IMG/VR virus record: IMGVR_UViG_3300044713_000054
Location: 1 to 44,425 of that record
Direction: 5' to 3' (one strand)
Origin: a virus
Taxonomy: Duplodnaviria; Caudoviricetes
DNA: 44,425 bases
The notes beneath the pieces are model-generated. The model was not told the DNA's origin and did no database searches. It saw nothing but the letters and a program-made list of their open reading frames with translations. The first letter of the stretch is position 1, and each line of letters opens with the position of its first letter. Shown here piece after piece: positions 34,816 through 42,204 of this stretch. The position numbers and the translations under genes are program-made.

Positions 34816-35099
34816 GGCTGCTTCCTCGCCTCGAATGCCGCGATCCAAGCCTTGAGCATCGGCGAATACGGATCGTTGCTCAGCGCGTCGCGCAAGACGA
34901 ATAGCGCCTGGTCCGGCTTGTACCAGATGTTATCGCGGATGATCAGGCGCGGCGGCCCCAGCCGGTAGCGATGATCCAGCGGGAACAAGCGTGAGGCCCG
35001 CCACAAAGGCCCCATGGTCTGGATCGTATTGCCGAGCGTGAAATCGCGGTCCGCGGTGAAGCTGAGGGCTGCGTAGCAGATGCCAGCCGCGAGCAGCAT
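34812..35099 (-). CDS. 95-aa ORF overlapping the ligase 3' end in the +1 frame (probable split C-terminal TM plus periplasmic helical domain)
   Basis: MLLAAGICYAALSFTADRDF...A.RLFP.D..YR...AL..DPYS; high GC3 in this frame; stop coupled to the next ATG. Confidence 0.65.
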   Translation of the reverse strand: MLLAAGICYAALSFTADRDFTLGNTIQTMGPLWRASRLFPLDHRYRLGPPRLIIRDNIWYKPDQALFVLRDALSNDPYSPMLKAWIAAFEARKQP

Positions 35100-36117
35100 G
35101 ACCCGCAAGGACAGCGAACAGAACGGCCGTGAGCGGCTGATGCAATGGGAAGCCCACAAGCGAAGTGCCCCCGATGCAGGCGAGGCCATAGCGTTCGGCC
35201 GGTGCGCCGTAGCGCCACGCCAGTGCGATGATGATGCCGCATATTGCAAGGCCGGGGACTCCAAGCTCGAACAGGATCTCGAGCGCGTCGTTATGTGCAT
35301 GCGACAGGTCGAGCCAGAAGCCTTCCGAGGTCAACCCGGTCGAGTAGGCCGAGAATGCTGAATAGAATGAGCCGATGCCGTGGCCGAACGGCGTAACCCC
35401 GGTGAGCGTGTCGTGCCAGATGCCGAGCCGTTGCTGCATCGAGCTCATGTCGGCGATACGGTGATAGCGGTGGGCGATCTCGGCCCCGATGATAAGCCCG
35501 AACGCTGTGCCGGCCCACCTATTGCGCTGCCAGATGATGGCGAGGAAACACGCGGCGGCCACGCCAATCGCGGACCGGCAATCGGACATCATCAGGCAGA
35601 AGGCGGCAGGCACGGCGAGCAGGTACTCGGTGCGGCTATGTTGAGCGATCAGCAGCACGAAGACCACGGCTGCGGTCCAGCCCAGCACGTTGGAATTGAC
35701 GAAGAGGCCTGTAGGTGCCGCATTGCCGGGCGCGACCATGGCCACGTTCATACCGCCTAGCTGCATGATCACCACAGCGAACGAGACCAGCATGCCTGCG
35801 CCCAGCCCGCGATAGAACCATTTGAGGTCGGCGGTCTCGGCCGCAATCGCGAATGCGCAGGCCATGAACGCCAGCTGCAGCCAGGCATTGAGCGCATCAT
35901 AGAACACGGTCGACCAAGCCAGCGAGGCGGTGGCCCAGATCAGGAGCGCAATGCCCCAGCGGTGAACGGTCGTGATACGTATCTTGACGAGGAGAAGAAG
36001 CGCTGGGCACGCAATAGCGATGAGGGCCCAGCGCGAGATTTCAGCGGCTCCGGTCTGCCCTGGCCAGTACATGGCGGCCAGGGCGACACCGGATGCGAAG
36101 GCTAGAATCTGAACCAA
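34930..36117 (-). CDS. O-antigen ligase / O-oligosaccharyltransferase family (Wzy_C) membrane protein
   Basis: About 11-12 TM segments; G.F.N.N..G, S..R.A, S..QR..IW......PFGHG.GSF, HAHND.LE...E.G..G, FPLH.P. Confidence 0.85.
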   Translation of the reverse strand: MVQILAFASGVALAAMYWPGQTGAAEISRWALIAIACPALLLLVKIRITTVHRWGIALLIWATASLAWSTVFYDALNAWLQLAFMACAFAIAAETADLKWFYRGLGAGMLVSFAVVIMQLGGMNVAMVAPGNAAPTGLFVNSNVLGWTAAVVFVLLIAQHSRTEYLLAVPAAFCLMMSDCRSAIGVAAACFLAIIWQRNRWAGTAFGLIIGAEIAHRYHRIADMSSMQQRLGIWHDTLTGVTPFGHGIGSFYSAFSAYSTGLTSEGFWLDLSHAHNDALEILFELGVPGLAICGIIIALAWRYGAPAERYGLACIGGTSLVGFPLHQPLTAVLFAVLAGHAARGWHLLRSPQLHRGPRFHARQYDPDHGAFVAGLTLVPAGSSLPAGAAAPDHPR

Positions 36118-36932
36118 GTATTCTTAGCCAGATCGTAGATGAACGATGCGCTGAACGGCAGCGACGTCGCCGCAAAGGTCGCGGAGGCGTTGGCGAGCTG
36201 GCTGAATGACACCGGCGCGTTCTTCACCGTGGTTAAGGCCGAGGCCGCGGTGATCACCAAGGTCGGCGTGATCTGCTGCGAGGAGATCAGACGCACGATC
36301 TGGCCGTCGAGCGGTGCTGAAGGCAGCGTGGCGGTGAATGCGGTCAGCGTGCCGGTCGGGTCCACGATCACGTTGGTGATCAGGTTCGGGATCGCGATCG
36401 ACGATGTCGCGACCTCGAGCGTGCCCTGCAACGTGAGCGAGGAGAAGTAGACATAGGCGCCGGATGCTTCCGACGGGATTGGGATCAGGACCGAGGATGG
36501 CCCGCCGCCGGTATTGGTCGGGATGTCGGCCGGATTGACCTCGTTGCCGGACAGCGCACCCGGACCCGCAGGCGCCGTGGCGTTACAGTTGTTCGGGGTG
36601 CTGGGATTGATGGTCGGCTGGGTCACGCCGGTTGGGTAGCCGGAATAGCCCACGCAATACGAAGTCTCGCCGACGATCGGCAGGCCCTGCCATAGGCCAG
36701 CCGCATAGGACCACGGCATGGCAATCATCGCCATGAGCGACGCGATCAGCGCCAGTCGACCGAATCTGCGCAGGCCGATGAACAAACTGATGCTTACAAG
36801 AGCCGTCAGCGTGAGCACCACGAACCAGCGAAAGCCTTCCGCACTCGTGCCAAACAGCAACGCGAACACGATCAGAAGGGCGAGCATGGCGATCAGCAGG
36901 CCGACCGCCGCAAGATGACGCATGATATTCAT
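36102..36932 (-). CDS. Exported Ser/Thr/Pro-rich protein with a virion-fibre-type C-terminal domain
   Basis: Three N-terminal hydrophobic segments, the last ending SYA|A; P.GTL...T.TLP..P.DGQ.V...S.Q.IT...F.Y....NTW.R; overlaps the ligase start. Confidence 0.7.
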   Translation of the reverse strand: MNIMRHLAAVGLLIAMLALLIVFALLFGTSAEGFRWFVVLTLTALVSISLFIGLRRFGRLALIASLMAMIAMPWSYAAGLWQGLPIVGETSYCVGYSGYPTGVTQPTINPSTPNNCNATAPAGPGALSGNEVNPADIPTNTGGGPSSVLIPIPSEASGAYVYFSSLTLQGTLEVATSSIAIPNLITNVIVDPTGTLTAFTATLPSAPLDGQIVRLISSQQITPTLVITAASALTTVKNAPVSFSQLANASATFAATSLPFSASFIYDLAKNTWFRF

Positions 36933-36956
36933 TGTCAGTCTCCGTATTAGGGCCGG

Positions 36957-37145
36957 CTATGCCTGCCGAGGGGTTTCGACGCGCGGCGTGGGATCGGCAT
37001 CGGCTGCGCGCACCGCATCGCGCAGTTTGGTGAGACCTGTGATCAGCGGCTCGGGAAGGCTGCCCCGGTGGTATTCCCACTCGGCGAGAAGCTCACGGAC
37101 GCGCTGCTCAATCTTCTCGGGATGAGATCGCTTATCGACTGGCAT
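36957..37145 (-). CDS. Hypothetical protein
   Basis: SD AAGGAG before ATG 37145. Confidence 0.55.
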   Translation of the reverse strand: MPVDKRSHPEKIEQRVRELLAEWEYHRGSLPEPLITGLTKLRDAVRAADADPTPRVETPRQA

Positions 37146-37149
37146 GGCT

Positions 37150-37350
37150 TCAATCTCCTTGAGGGAAAACCGCCGGACCATTCCGGTGGCCGTTAGCGAG
37201 TTCTTGGGCAATGGTCTCTAACGCCTCGACTTCGCGCTGGCGTAAAGCCGCTCTGCGGTCCTCGGCATGCTTCGCACGCGCGCGCTCCTCGGCTCGCGCT
37301 TCCCTGAATACGGCTGCAATGTAGCCGAAGCCTAGGAGAGCGCGGGGCAT
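37150..37350 (-). CDS. Hypothetical protein
   Basis: ATG 1 nt after the previous stop. Confidence 0.5.
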   Translation of the reverse strand: MPRALLGFGYIAAVFREARAEERARAKHAEDRRAALRQREVEALETIAQELANGHRNGPAVFPQGD

Positions 37351-37351
37351 G

Positions 37352-37741
37352 TCAACACCAAGGATCCAGCTTTTCGCAGAGCATCTTTGGCGTAGGCCCC
37401 GAGCGTTCATTCTTCCAACCCCAACCGCTGACCGGATCAGGATAGAACTGCCATTCACCGTCGCGCGTGCGGCCGTAGCCACACCACTTGCAGACGTAAT
37501 AGCGGGCATTGGCGCCGTAGGCCGGATTGTAACGCGCCTTGAATGTGCCAACGCTCGTGCAGCCTTCGCCGGGACAGCGCTGATAGTGCGGCGCGAAATC
37601 CATCTTCTCTTGATGGATTCTGTCATCATCTGGCATCCATGGTTTCGGGCGCCAGTTGTTCTCTTTGAGGCTTGCCTCGGTGTGCCCCTTCGCCAGCAAC
37701 GTGGCTTTCTGCTGCTCGGCGGTCGGTATTGGCTGGTTCAT
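37352..37741 (-). CDS. Zinc-ribbon hypothetical protein
   Basis: CPGEGC...CKWC. Confidence 0.65.
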   Translation of the reverse strand: MNQPIPTAEQQKATLLAKGHTEASLKENNWRPKPWMPDDDRIHQEKMDFAPHYQRCPGEGCTSVGTFKARYNPAYGANARYYVCKWCGYGRTRDGEWQFYPDPVSGWGWKNERSGPTPKMLCEKLDPWC

Positions 37742-37742
37742 G

Positions 37743-37895
37743 TCATGCTCCCAAGATCAGGAACAGCACGAATATGGTGCCGAGCATGGAGCCCGCAAAG
37801 AGGGCGATCAGTAGCATCAAACCAGGATGATACTCTTCATCGAGATACGGGATCGTCGGCTTGCGGGCTGCGGTGTAGCGCGGATAGCGTCTCAT
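37743..37895 (-). CDS. Small membrane protein, 50 aa
   Basis: Read by hand; C-terminal TM; coupled to the next gene. Confidence 0.45.
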   Translation of the reverse strand: MRRYPRYTAARKPTIPYLDEEYHPGLMLLIALFAGSMLGTIFVLFLILGA

Positions 37896-37998
37896 GAGTA
37901 TGAGCCAGCCAGCAATTGGATGAGTACCAAGAGACTATAGCCGGCGACGGCCGTGATGATACCGAGCTTGGCTGCAGCCCACGGATCGCTTGGACCGT

Positions 37999-38388
37999 TC
38001 ATGGCACCAGCCCCAGGTCGGCGCGTACCCGGTCGTTAGCCGCACGTAGGCAGTTCTCGCGGTCGCATCGCACGTCGACCATTTGATCGCACATGAAGCA
38101 ATAGGTGGCCTGGTCGCCGACCTTGCGATCCTGTTCGGCAAGCCAAGCGATGGCTGCGTGTCTTAGCCCTCTGCGCCAGTTGTGCGGCTCTTGCGTCAAA
38201 AGCTCCTCAACGATCTGTTGCGGCGTATCCTGCTCCCGCGTCACAACAATACCCTGCAGATCGATCGCCGACCCGGGCCCTGCCGCAAACAGGTGCTCAT
38301 ACCCCGCCGCCAATAGCTTCGCCTCGATCTCGTCGTAGGCGGCTTGGCTCAGCTCTAGGCTGGCGATGGTGTGAGTTACGCGGGCCAT
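37999..38388 (-). CDS. Hypothetical protein
   Basis: THT.A.LE.S..AYDEI..KL..AGY.H; C-terminal CFMC..C...C. Confidence 0.65.
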   Translation of the reverse strand: MARVTHTIASLELSQAAYDEIEAKLLAAGYEHLFAAGPGSAIDLQGIVVTREQDTPQQIVEELLTQEPHNWRRGLRHAAIAWLAEQDRKVGDQATYCFMCDQMVDVRCDRENCLRAANDRVRADLGLVP

Positions 38389-38497
38389 TCAACAGTCCTT
38401 GCAAATCGATGGCGGTGGCGCGGTATCCGGGGGAACAGCGGGCACCCGGCTTTGTTCCATCAGCTCGCAGCCCTTCATGCCGCGGCAATTCACTAAG

Positions 38498-38683
38498 CTA
38501 AAGCCCCCTCCCGCCCTGCAGGATGAAGCCGAAGACTCCCCATCCGAGCAGGAACAGCAGGAACCACAGGATGATATTCGAGATATACGGTCCGCGCGCG
38601 CCGCCCCAGCCCCACCAACCGACGCCGGCGTTGGATATAAGCCAGATGATCATGATCGCCCAGAACAGGATGCCTATGGGCAT
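38498..38683 (-). CDS. Small two-TM membrane protein
   Basis: MPIGILFW..M..W...LLF.LGW.VFGF; SD GGAGG. Confidence 0.7.
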   Translation of the reverse strand: MPIGILFWAIMIIWLISNAGVGWWGWGGARGPYISNIILWFLLFLLGWGVFGFILQGGRGL

Positions 38684-38778
38684 GGGTGCCTCCGCAGGTA
38701 ATCGCCGAGCGCGCGCTGTGCAGCCCATGCGCTCTTATGGTCGGGAATCGGCAATAGCCAGTTGAACAGTCGGCGCAT

Positions 38779-38943
38779 TCAGATCCTCCCGAACAGCACG
38801 AGGATCAGGATGATCACCAGCACCAAACCGAGGCCGCCGCCGCCATAGTAGCCGGTGCCATAGAACGGACCGCCCCCGAATCCGCTAAAGCCGCCGAGCA
38901 GCAGCACGATCAGCACGATGAGCAGGATCATTCCTAGCGACAT
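38779..38943 (-). CDS. DUF3309-family small membrane protein, 54 aa (missed by the ORF track)
   Basis: MSLGMILLIVLIVLLLGGFSGFGGGPFYGTGYYGGGGLGLVLVIILILVLFGRI. Confidence 0.85.
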   Translation of the reverse strand: MSLGMILLIVLIVLLLGGFSGFGGGPFYGTGYYGGGGLGLVLVIILILVLFGRI

Positions 38944-39129
38944 AGCTTACCCCCTTTCATCGATGCGGTTGATCTCGGTCTCGAGCAATGCCTTGAGAAG
39001 CCGGCGTTCATCATCACTGAGCCGGTCGAACTTCGTGGAATGGATGTCGACCAAGTCGTTGAGCAGCATCTCAAGATGGTAACGGCGCGCACTCAGGCCG
39101 CGCTCGAATGTCGACGGCGGCACAAGGTT

Positions 39130-39396
39130 CTAGCCTATGGCTACGCGGGGCACAGGTGGCAGACTACTCAATGAGTTCTCTACTTCGCTCAAAACGCGCT
39201 TGTGTTCCGTGTCATAGGGATCAAGCGCAGCAAGCTTGGCAAGCAAGCGTTCTTTCCTGATGTGAAAGAAGCGTAGCATTTGCAATTCATCGATGTCGCC
39301 TTGGTTCGCATCGCGGTACGCGTCCCTACTCGGAACGTATATCTTTAGAGCCTCGTCCGCCTTCAATGCTGCGTTCCCGTCGGCTCGCTCGCCCAT
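39130..39396 (-). CDS. Hypothetical protein
   Basis: SD GAGG; within the coupled array. Confidence 0.5.
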   Translation of the reverse strand: MGERADGNAALKADEALKIYVPSRDAYRDANQGDIDELQMLRFFHIRKERLLAKLAALDPYDTEHKRVLSEVENSLSSLPPVPRVAIG

Positions 39397-39560
39397 AGCG
39401 TTATCCTCTCGTCAGGATCAGCGGTGAATGCGATACGCGCTTCCTTACCGTGACAGCGCACCCGTATCCAGCGCGTCTTACCGTCGGACAGCCGCTGCAG
39501 GTCCATAACATCCTTGGCACACTTGGCACAGCGGACCTTGGGGATGTAGGCGACGCCCAT
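39363..39560 (-). CDS. Hypothetical protein (CAKC...CHG)
   Basis: ATG 1 nt after the previous stop. Confidence 0.5.
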   Translation of the reverse strand: MGVAYIPKVRCAKCAKDVMDLQRLSDGKTRWIRVRCHGKEARIAFTADPDERITLWASEPTGTQH

Positions 39561-39561
39561 G

Positions 39562-39891
39562 TCAGGCATTGCGTGCGACACCAGGGGCGATGACTGGAAA
39601 GGGCAATGGCTCCTTAACCTCCGTCGCCTTGGCCGTATCGACCTTTGGCGTAACGGACGGCGCTGGTTCGTTTCCCAACTGAGTTGCCTCGCGCAAGAGA
39701 TCGCTGGTGTGTTGTTCCAGCGTAGAAGCGATATCATCGGCTGTCGTTGCGAGTTCAGTGCCTGCGTCCTTCACACGAGCAGTTGCGGCGCGGGACTTGC
39801 GAATGGCGGCCCGGGCGGCCTCCATGGCATCGCCGAATCCTTTAATCTCGATTGCCAACGCTGCCTCCAAAGATCTTATCAAAGTCGGCAT
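39562..39891 (-). CDS. Hypothetical Ala-rich coiled-coil protein
   Basis: ATG 39891; helical composition. Confidence 0.55.
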   Translation of the reverse strand: MPTLIRSLEAALAIEIKGFGDAMEAARAAIRKSRAATARVKDAGTELATTADDIASTLEQHTSDLLREATQLGNEPAPSVTPKVDTAKATEVKEPLPFPVIAPGVARNA

Positions 39892-40057
39892 TGCACTGTT
39901 TGATCCATGCGGGAGAGTTCTTGAAAGCGTTGCTATAGCGCTTGGCGTAAGCCTCAGCATCGAAAGGCGCGCCGCCGCACGGGCGATCAGACTCTCTACA
40001 TCCCCAGAGGGCTTCGTACATGGTGCGGCCGCAATGCTTGCAAATAAGGTTGGCCAT
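39842..40057 (-). CDS. Hypothetical protein with CKHC
   Basis: Starts immediately after the previous stop. Confidence 0.5.
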   Translation of the reverse strand: MANLICKHCGRTMYEALWGCRESDRPCGGAPFDAEAYAKRYSNAFKNSPAWIKQCNADFDKIFGGSVGNRD

Positions 40058-40252
40058 TTACCAGAAATCCTTCTTGCACGCGACGGGCGGATCGTGACGC
40101 GGTCGTACCGGACGATCAGCGCACGCGGCGAGAGCCTGGAAACCCTTCTCGGTGAGCGTCCATGCGCCGTGATGGATCGTGATGTAGCCGTCATGGAATA
40201 GCTCGACGAGCCGATCGACATGCTGCTGCGAATAGTCATTCTTCGTCGTCAT
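40058..40252 (-). CDS. Hypothetical protein
   Basis: Overlaps the terS end. Confidence 0.45.
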   Translation of the reverse strand: MTTKNDYSQQHVDRLVELFHDGYITIHHGAWTLTEKGFQALAACADRPVRPRHDPPVACKKDFW

Positions 40253-40679
40253 CGGCGCGCTCTCTAGCTTTTACGAAACGCACCTCGATCATTGAAGCTT
40301 GCTTACCGTCTCCGCCCGTATTGACGCGCACACCACCGATAGCTTGCTCGTCATCCGGGAAGTCGCCAAGTCGACGAAGGCCGAATGTGATCGCGCTCCA
40401 ATCTTCCTTTTCAAGCTTCTTGATGTACTTGGAATAGACGAGGGCCTTAAGCTTTTGCTTGCCCGTCGTGAGTTCCGCGGCGAAGGCCTTGCCGAGCGTC
40501 TCTTTGGAGATCGGTCCGCCCGTCCGTGGGTTGATCACCAGCGATGAAATCTCATCCCAGTTCATTCGCATGCCAGCCATGGAAGCAACCCACTTGCGCT
40601 GCTCCTGAGTAGGCACGAAGGCGGGCATGCCAGGCTTACCCCCAGGCCGGGTCGGTTTTCGCTTGTACCGTTTGGCCAT
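40236..40679 (-). CDS. terS: Terminase small subunit (putative)
   Basis: G.P.F.PT.EQR..V..MA.......I...V......IS..TL.K.F..EL..G......V...........SAI.F.L pattern of alphaproteobacterial phage TerS; next to HNH. Confidence 0.65.
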   Translation of the reverse strand: MAKRYKRKPTRPGGKPGMPAFVPTQEQRKWVASMAGMRMNWDEISSLVINPRTGGPISKETLGKAFAAELTTGKQKLKALVYSKYIKKLEKEDWSAITFGLRRLGDFPDDEQAIGGVRVNTGGDGKQASMIEVRFVKARERADDDEE

Positions 40680-40721
40680 GCCCAGCCTCAAGTGCACGCA
40701 GCGCAAAAAATATGCGGAGGA

Positions 40722-41096
40722 TCATCGTCTCACCACCGTGCCGTCCATCCGCTTTCTGAATCCCGATGCGCGGCTGCCTGGCATTGGGCGCTTGGAGGTG
40801 AGGGCCTTGATCCGTTTATCCTGCAGGCGTTTTGCCTTGGCAATGTAATGCACATCACGCGCAGTTTTATCACGGTGGCATGCTTCGCAGATGACCTGAC
40901 AGTTCTCCAGCTCGTTGTTCTTGCTGAACCAGTCTGGATCAACGTGGTCGTAGTGAAAGCGGAAGTTCGAAAACATCGCGCCGCAGCGAATATGAGAGAT
41001 CGGCGAATTGATCAGCGGCTGCATCATCTCGCATCGGCCGCCTGATCGCTCCCATGCTGCGCGTCTCGTAGCGCGTGAGAATTCGCGGCGGGTCAT
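40722..41096 (-). CDS. HNH endonuclease
   Basis: RREFS...R..A..R..GRCE...YDHVDP......N.LENCQV.C..CH..KT..D...IAK.KR. Confidence 0.85.
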   Translation of the reverse strand: MTRREFSRATRRAAWERSGGRCEMMQPLINSPISHIRCGAMFSNFRFHYDHVDPDWFSKNNELENCQVICEACHRDKTARDVHYIAKAKRLQDKRIKALTSKRPMPGSRASGFRKRMDGTVVRR

Positions 41097-41275
41097 GATG
41101 GATACGTGTCAAAGGCCACGATCAACGTGCAGCAAATGCACGCTACGATGAAGCCAAGGGTGAATGCAAATGCGACGTAAAGAGGGGTTCTATCCACGTT
41201 ACCACTACCACCCTCACTCGATTTTTGGCCAGCGAGGGGCGGCGGTTGGGGAACCTTGTATGTGATTTGTGTCAT
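41093..41275 (-). CDS. Small membrane protein
   Basis: C-terminal TM; ATGA overlap with HNH. Confidence 0.45.
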   Translation of the reverse strand: MTQITYKVPQPPPLAGQKSSEGGSGNVDRTPLYVAFAFTLGFIVACICCTLIVAFDTYPS

Positions 41276-41291
41276 TCTTGCAATAGGCCTG

Positions 41292-41495
41292 CTATGGGTG
41301 GTGTGGCGAGCTGCGGCGTTCCCATAGATCGACCGCAAAGACAATTAGGCAACAGGCCACCCAGAATGGCCAGAATACAATCCCAACCGCTTCGATCACA
41401 ATGAACCGCCAAGCCCACCTCCACGGCGATTGTGGAAGCGATTGCAGGATAAGCCCTGCGACCCCAATCCAGTATATCGCTCGCATAATCGCCAT
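41292..41495 (-). CDS. Small membrane protein
   Basis: Hydrophobic, Trp-rich; coupled to the gcrA stop. Confidence 0.45.
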   Translation of the reverse strand: MAIMRAIYWIGVAGLILQSLPQSPWRWAWRFIVIEAVGIVFWPFWVACCLIVFAVDLWERRSSPHHP

Positions 41496-42025
41496 CACGT
41501 CGCCCTTCCTCTCGGATTCGCCACTCCACGCGCCACCTTGGCATGAACGCGGCAATACGCGCGCCCCGCAGCCAGATCCGCATCCGGCGTGCCGCAATAA
41601 CGGAACTCTGCCGTCTGAGGGTCGCCGCAAGGCCACCGACACGTCGTATTCGTCAGTCCGTGGAGCGTGCAGGCATGCGCCAGATCGATCTCGGCTATCT
41701 GAGGCTCGGGCGGGAGCCCAGCGTCTCCCAGGTCGCTCCCTGCGGCAATGGCAAGGATGCGGGTTAGGTTCTTGGTTTTAGTCCCGGTTCCATTGCCCCT
41801 CCGGTTCCGCGGCACATGCGACTGAACAATATCGGTCCTTTTCGTCTTGTTGATACCCATTCGCGCCAGCTTCCCTATCACAGCATTCCGGGTAAACGCC
41901 GTGCGGAACTCTCGGTTCAATTCACGGGCTATTTCAGAGCAGCTCTTCTGATCGGCAAGTTCCCGGAGACGAATCATGGCCAATTCAGACCAAGGGCCGT
42001 CAATAGTCCACGAAAAATCATTCAT
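41495..42025 (-). CDS. gcrA: GcrA-family cell-cycle regulator homolog
   Basis: W......LR.L....S.SEIA..L......TRNAVIGKL.RM; L..L....CRWP.GDP....F.YCG......YC..H. Confidence 0.85.
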   Translation of the reverse strand: MNDFSWTIDGPWSELAMIRLRELADQKSCSEIARELNREFRTAFTRNAVIGKLARMGINKTKRTDIVQSHVPRNRRGNGTGTKTKNLTRILAIAAGSDLGDAGLPPEPQIAEIDLAHACTLHGLTNTTCRWPCGDPQTAEFRYCGTPDADLAAGRAYCRVHAKVARGVANPRGRAT

Positions 42026-42204
42026 GAAATCTCCTTAGTCCTTGTTAACAAGTCACGGATCTCGGTCAGCAACTTTTCAGTCTGACTCAAAGGCTCGGTT
42101 TTTTGTATCTCGGCCCTTCGTTTCTGTTCATTGTTGAACCAACAGATTACGGTGTGGCCTTCGCCATCATCAACGAAGCAATAGGGGCACCGGTCAGAGC
42201 TCAT
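42022..42204 (-). CDS. Hypothetical protein (CPYC...H...C)
   Basis: ATGA overlaps on both sides. Confidence 0.55.
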   Translation of the reverse strand: MSSDRCPYCFVDDGEGHTVICWFNNEQKRRAEIQKTEPLSQTEKLLTEIRDLLTRTKEIS

